Assembly (NCBI GenBank): GCA_031362565.1
Contig: JANLSU010000070.1
Location: 1 to 64,000, forward strand
Origin: a bacterium
GTDB lineage: Bacteria > Krumholzibacteriota > Krumholzibacteriia > G020349025
Length of the DNA: 64,000 nt
Reading direction: 5' to 3'
Shown: positions 60,787 through 64,000 of the stretch, in pieces
How the letters are laid out: each line of letters starts with the position of its first letter
Numbering within the stretch: the first letter of the stretch is position 1
Notes under the pieces: model-generated
What the model was told of the DNA's origin: nothing
Databases searched by the model: none
What the model saw: the letters and a program-made list of their open reading frames with translations, nothing else
Position numbers and translations under genes: made by a program

Positions 60787-60809
60787 GGTTCGAAAGCCGG
60801 GAGCGCGAC

Positions 60810-61955
60810 GTGACGAACGGCAGAGAGAACGCGCCTGCAGCAAGCTCATTGAGCGGCCAACGCCGCCTGCCACAGATCGACGCGCGGTCCCTTGGCCTGT
60901 TCCGAATCGTGGTCGCATTCCTGCTCGGCGCTCTCTTCATCGCGCCGCCGGACGTTGTCTCGGGACTCGCGTTCCGCTGTGGTCTTGCGGGGCTGAACCA
61001 TTCGAGTCTCGCCGGTGCAACTCGCGCGGTGGGCGCCCTTGGCGCCTTGGGCTTGCTGGTTGGATTGCGGTCCCGGGGCGCACTGGGTGTAGTGCTGGCG
61101 GCGCTCGTCGCGTGGAGCGCCTTCGCGCCGCAATTCGATGCGCTCAACGGCGGTGTTCTGGTGGCGATGCTTGCCGCGATGTTCCAGGTGCCGATTGCGG
61201 CGCGCTTTTCGTTCGACACGGTGGCGAATGCGATGCGGCGCGGTGTTCGCCTCGACAGGCGGCCGGCCGACGGTGTGCCCGCAACGACGACCCTGGCGCC
61301 GTCGCGCCGAACCATCGCCTTCGGTGTCATCACCGGGGCGGGTGGACTCTGGACCGTAGTGCTCTGGGCGGCGGCGCATTCGGCAATGCCCGGCGGCGGC
61401 GGGTATGACCTGCTGCTCCTCGTGCTGCTCGCAACAATCCTGCTTCTCCTGGGCGCCCGCCAGTGGAACGCCGCGGCGCATGCGGCACTCCGCCCGACCC
61501 GCGCCGCATGGGTGTACTACGACGATTCGTGCGGCTTCTGTTTTCGCTGCTGCCAGTGGCTGGCGCTCGCCGACGGTGCCGGGCGTTTGACGTTCATCGG
61601 CGCCGGCGATCGCGCCGCACACTTGCACCCGATTCCCGCCGCGGATTTGGAGACGAGCGTCGTGGTGGTGGATGCCGCAAGCGGTGCCGTGTTGCGCCAG
61701 GCGCGGGCCGCGGCAGCGATCATCCGCGCGCTCCCCGCCCCCTATCACCCCTTGCGGGCGATGGCGTGGCCGGGCGTGGTGTGGTTTGCCGATCGTGCCT
61801 ACGATTTCGTGGCGCGCAATCGGCATCGCATTTCACTGTGGATGGGAGCGCCGGCCTGTGGCGTCGATGGGCGCCAAACCGTTGCCAAGACGGGCCCCAA
61901 AGACGAAGGCCGCGCGCGTCGCGAGCCCACAGAGCCCACACGTGCGCGGCCTTGA
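60810..61955 (+). CDS. Membrane protein with C-terminal DCC1/DUF393 thiol-disulfide oxidoreductase domain
   Basis: IDARSLGLFRI N-terminus, several TMs, YYDDSCGFC, YDFVARNRHRI. Confidence 0.8.
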   Translation: MTNGRENAPAASSLSGQRRLPQIDARSLGLFRIVVAFLLGALFIAPPDVVSGLAFRCGLAGLNHSSLAGATRAVGALGALGLLVGLRSRGALGVVLAALVAWSAFAPQFDALNGGVLVAMLAAMFQVPIAARFSFDTVANAMRRGVRLDRRPADGVPATTTLAPSRRTIAFGVITGAGGLWTVVLWAAAHSAMPGGGGYDLLLLVLLATILLLLGARQWNAAAHAALRPTRAAWVYYDDSCGFCFRCCQWLALADGAGRLTFIGAGDRAAHLHPIPAADLETSVVVVDAASGAVLRQARAAAAIIRALPAPYHPLRAMAWPGVVWFADRAYDFVARNRHRISLWMGAPACGVDGRQTVAKTGPKDEGRARREPTEPTRARP

Positions 61956-61970
61956 AATCGTCGCGATGCC

Positions 61971-62240
61971 TTACGCCGCAGTTGCCGGCTTGGTTTTGGC
62001 GGAGCGGATCTTCTTCACGGGCTTGACCCCGAGCCGCCGCTTCGCCTCTTCGGCATCGTACCGGTTACGAACCGGACGCCGCTTGATTTCAGCGAGCTGC
62101 GCTTCTTCCTCGCCCAGCTTCTCGCGCTTCCAGGGCGCAATGGCGTGGGTGAGGATTTGCGACAGTCGCGGACCCAGCGGGTCGAGTTCCTTGTCTTTGT
62201 CTTTTGCCGCGACCTTCGCGGCGGCGGTTGCTTGTTTCAT
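61971..62240 (-). CDS. Small basic hypothetical protein
   Basis: 89-aa Lys/Arg-rich ORF with host-like codon usage; no family recognised. Confidence 0.5.
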   Translation of the reverse strand: MKQATAAAKVAAKDKDKELDPLGPRLSQILTHAIAPWKREKLGEEEAQLAEIKRRPVRNRYDAEEAKRRLGVKPVKKIRSAKTKPATAA

Positions 62241-62388
62241 ACTGTAATGTACCCCGTCGGCCGTGGGGAAGTTTCAACGGTCCCCAGAGCGGTCCTCCAG
62301 GCACCTCGCCCAGGGACCCTCACCGGACCCAACTTGCGGTCGCGCAATGGTTTGTCCTGTAGCACCGACGTCCTGGGGAGGACTCTCG

Positions 62389-62694
62389 ATGTCTCATTCT
62401 AACACGTCCGGGGGTGGATCCCAAGCGCCACGCCGGGTTTTGTGCGTGAAACTCGGCCAGGAGCTGCAGGGCCTGCCCTATAAGCCCTTCCCGAGCGAAT
62501 TGGGGCAGCGCATTTACGACCAGGTGTCGCAGGAAGCCTGGGGACAGTGGATCGAGCAGTCCAAGATGCTGGTGAACGAGAACCGGCTGAACCTGTCGAT
62601 GCCGGAATCCCGGGCCTACCTCATGGAGCAGTGCGAGAAGTTCCTGTTCGGCCCGGGCACTGCGCCGCCGCCGGACTACGTGCCGAAAAGCTGA
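62389..62694 (+). CDS. yggX: Fe-S cluster/oxidative damage protection protein YggX
   Basis: VLCVKLG, PFPSELGQRIYDQVSQEAWGQW, MLVNENRLNL, YVP; GGAGG RBS. Confidence 0.9.
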   Translation: MSHSNTSGGGSQAPRRVLCVKLGQELQGLPYKPFPSELGQRIYDQVSQEAWGQWIEQSKMLVNENRLNLSMPESRAYLMEQCEKFLFGPGTAPPPDYVPKS

Positions 62695-62741
62695 CGCGGG
62701 CCGCGCGTTGACCGCCTTGCCCGGGCGTCTGGAATCCGCGG

Positions 62742-63728
62742 TCAGTGACTCCCCACCGTACCCGCGTCGCGCGGCACCCGGAGACTGACACGCACCACAT
62801 CGCCCTCGGACGACGTCCGCATGGTGTCGAGGGCCGATCCCAGGACCAGCGCATCCTTCTTCGACATGCTGCCTGATTTGACGGCGTTCTGGGCCGCGAC
62901 CCGTGCCATGTCCTTGCCGGCATCCAGCGACACGCTGGCGATCTGCGCCGCCATCGGGTTCGGCATCGCGAGCCATAACGTGGTGGCGAGATCCTCGCCG
63001 TCCTGCCGCAAGTCGAGCCGGGCGCCATTCAGGGTGCCAAGGAGCTGCATCGGTTTCTGGTATTGCTCGAGTCCGGCGCTCATGTCGAGGCCGAGAATCC
63101 GGTCGAGGTCCTGCAGTACAGAGAACAGATCGCTGCCGTCACCGGGCGCGACGTACACGAGTGAGACGGCGGCAGGATCGGTTGCCGACGGCACCAAGAG
63201 GCCTCGAACCGAGTCGTGGCCGTCGCCGGCCAGCGAGTGCGACAAGGTCGAAGTCTGCGCCAGAACCAAGTGCAGAGCGCGGCGCGGCCCTTCCGCGATG
63301 CACTCCGGTTCGATGAGCGTCAGCGCGCCCGTCGCTTTGCCCGCAGCCGGCTTGAACATTCGCCGGCCGGCCGCTGTTTCCAAGCCGTCACCGTGCAGAT
63401 GCGCGAATTCCTTGGCCAACGACGCCGCCGATTGGCTGAAGGCCACCGGCTGCACGGCGCCGGCTTCCGCCACATAGGCAACCGTGACCCGCTGCAACTT
63501 CCCACCCTGGAGGCGTGGCGACGCAAACGGCGCCATGACGGCGTCGATGCCGAGTGCCTCACGCGTCCGCGGCTGCGCCGCCGCGCGGGCGGGATCGATC
63601 TGCAAGAGCACGCGGGTATCCGCCGGAAACCAGCGCGTCAGATCGATCTCGGCCTGAACACTGGCGTTGGCGCCGAGCCCTATCGAGATCGCTGCGCCGG
63701 CTACGAATGCAAGTTGCCGCAGCTGCAC
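62742..63728 (-). CDS. Secreted hypothetical protein
   Basis: GAGGAG RBS before GTG; signal peptide ending VQA; FPADT motif. Confidence 0.65.
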   Translation of the reverse strand: MQLRQLAFVAGAAISIGLGANASVQAEIDLTRWFPADTRVLLQIDPARAAAQPRTREALGIDAVMAPFASPRLQGGKLQRVTVAYVAEAGAVQPVAFSQSAASLAKEFAHLHGDGLETAAGRRMFKPAAGKATGALTLIEPECIAEGPRRALHLVLAQTSTLSHSLAGDGHDSVRGLLVPSATDPAAVSLVYVAPGDGSDLFSVLQDLDRILGLDMSAGLEQYQKPMQLLGTLNGARLDLRQDGEDLATTLWLAMPNPMAAQIASVSLDAGKDMARVAAQNAVKSGSMSKKDALVLGSALDTMRTSSEGDVVRVSLRVPRDAGTVGSH

Positions 63729-64000
63729 CGCCCCACACTCCTCGTTCGGGTGAACCGAACTCGGACTGGGGGGCAGGCCGGTGGATCCGGCGTGCGCTCC
63801 ACGGTCAACGAGCCGATCGAGCCCACCGGAGTGTACGAACATCGGCGCCGGAGCGCCAAGGAGCGATTCCGGATCGACCGCTACCGGTACTGTGTCTTGA
63901 GCCCGCTCCAGCTCAGGTCACGGATGGCGGTCGAGGTAAAAGGGGATTCGAAGGCCCCGACGTCCGGCCCTCGTCCAACCACACCCCGTGGATCGGCGCC

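Overview
A 64 kb, very GC-rich bacterial chromosomal segment. Several secreted proteins carry C-terminal FlgD-Ig/T9SS-like sorting domains, and there is a PorV-family gene, a GWxTD protein and a 'SWxxIKALY' C-terminal motif. Together these suggest an FCB-group lineage such as Latescibacterota/Krumholzibacteriota/Eisenbacteria (inference only). Most of the window is housekeeping and envelope genes: recO, ybeY, phoH, aspS, hisS, amidase, M23, sigma factors, DegP-like protease, lpxH-like, rlmN, tmk, eno, ftsB-like, tRNA-fMet and yggX. It also holds secreted proteases, three sigma-54 activators and a frameshifted HigBA-like toxin-antitoxin pair. The most striking element is a minus-strand cassette at about 31.9-36.2 kb, in this order: sigma-70 promoter, small secreted Pro-rich peptide gene, large TPR-GAF-AAA+-HTH sigma-54 activator, terminator, then enhancer-like palindromes, an IHF-like site and a near-consensus sigma-54 promoter. 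That promoter points into a ~320-nt highly structured transcript with its own terminator and no convincing ORF. The layout suggests a candidate peptide-signalling (RRNPP-like) circuit with a sigma-54-dependent small-RNA output. Start codons were re-chosen by eye from RBS and overlap evidence where the ORF track was over-extended. All family calls come from motif recognition; no database searches were run.
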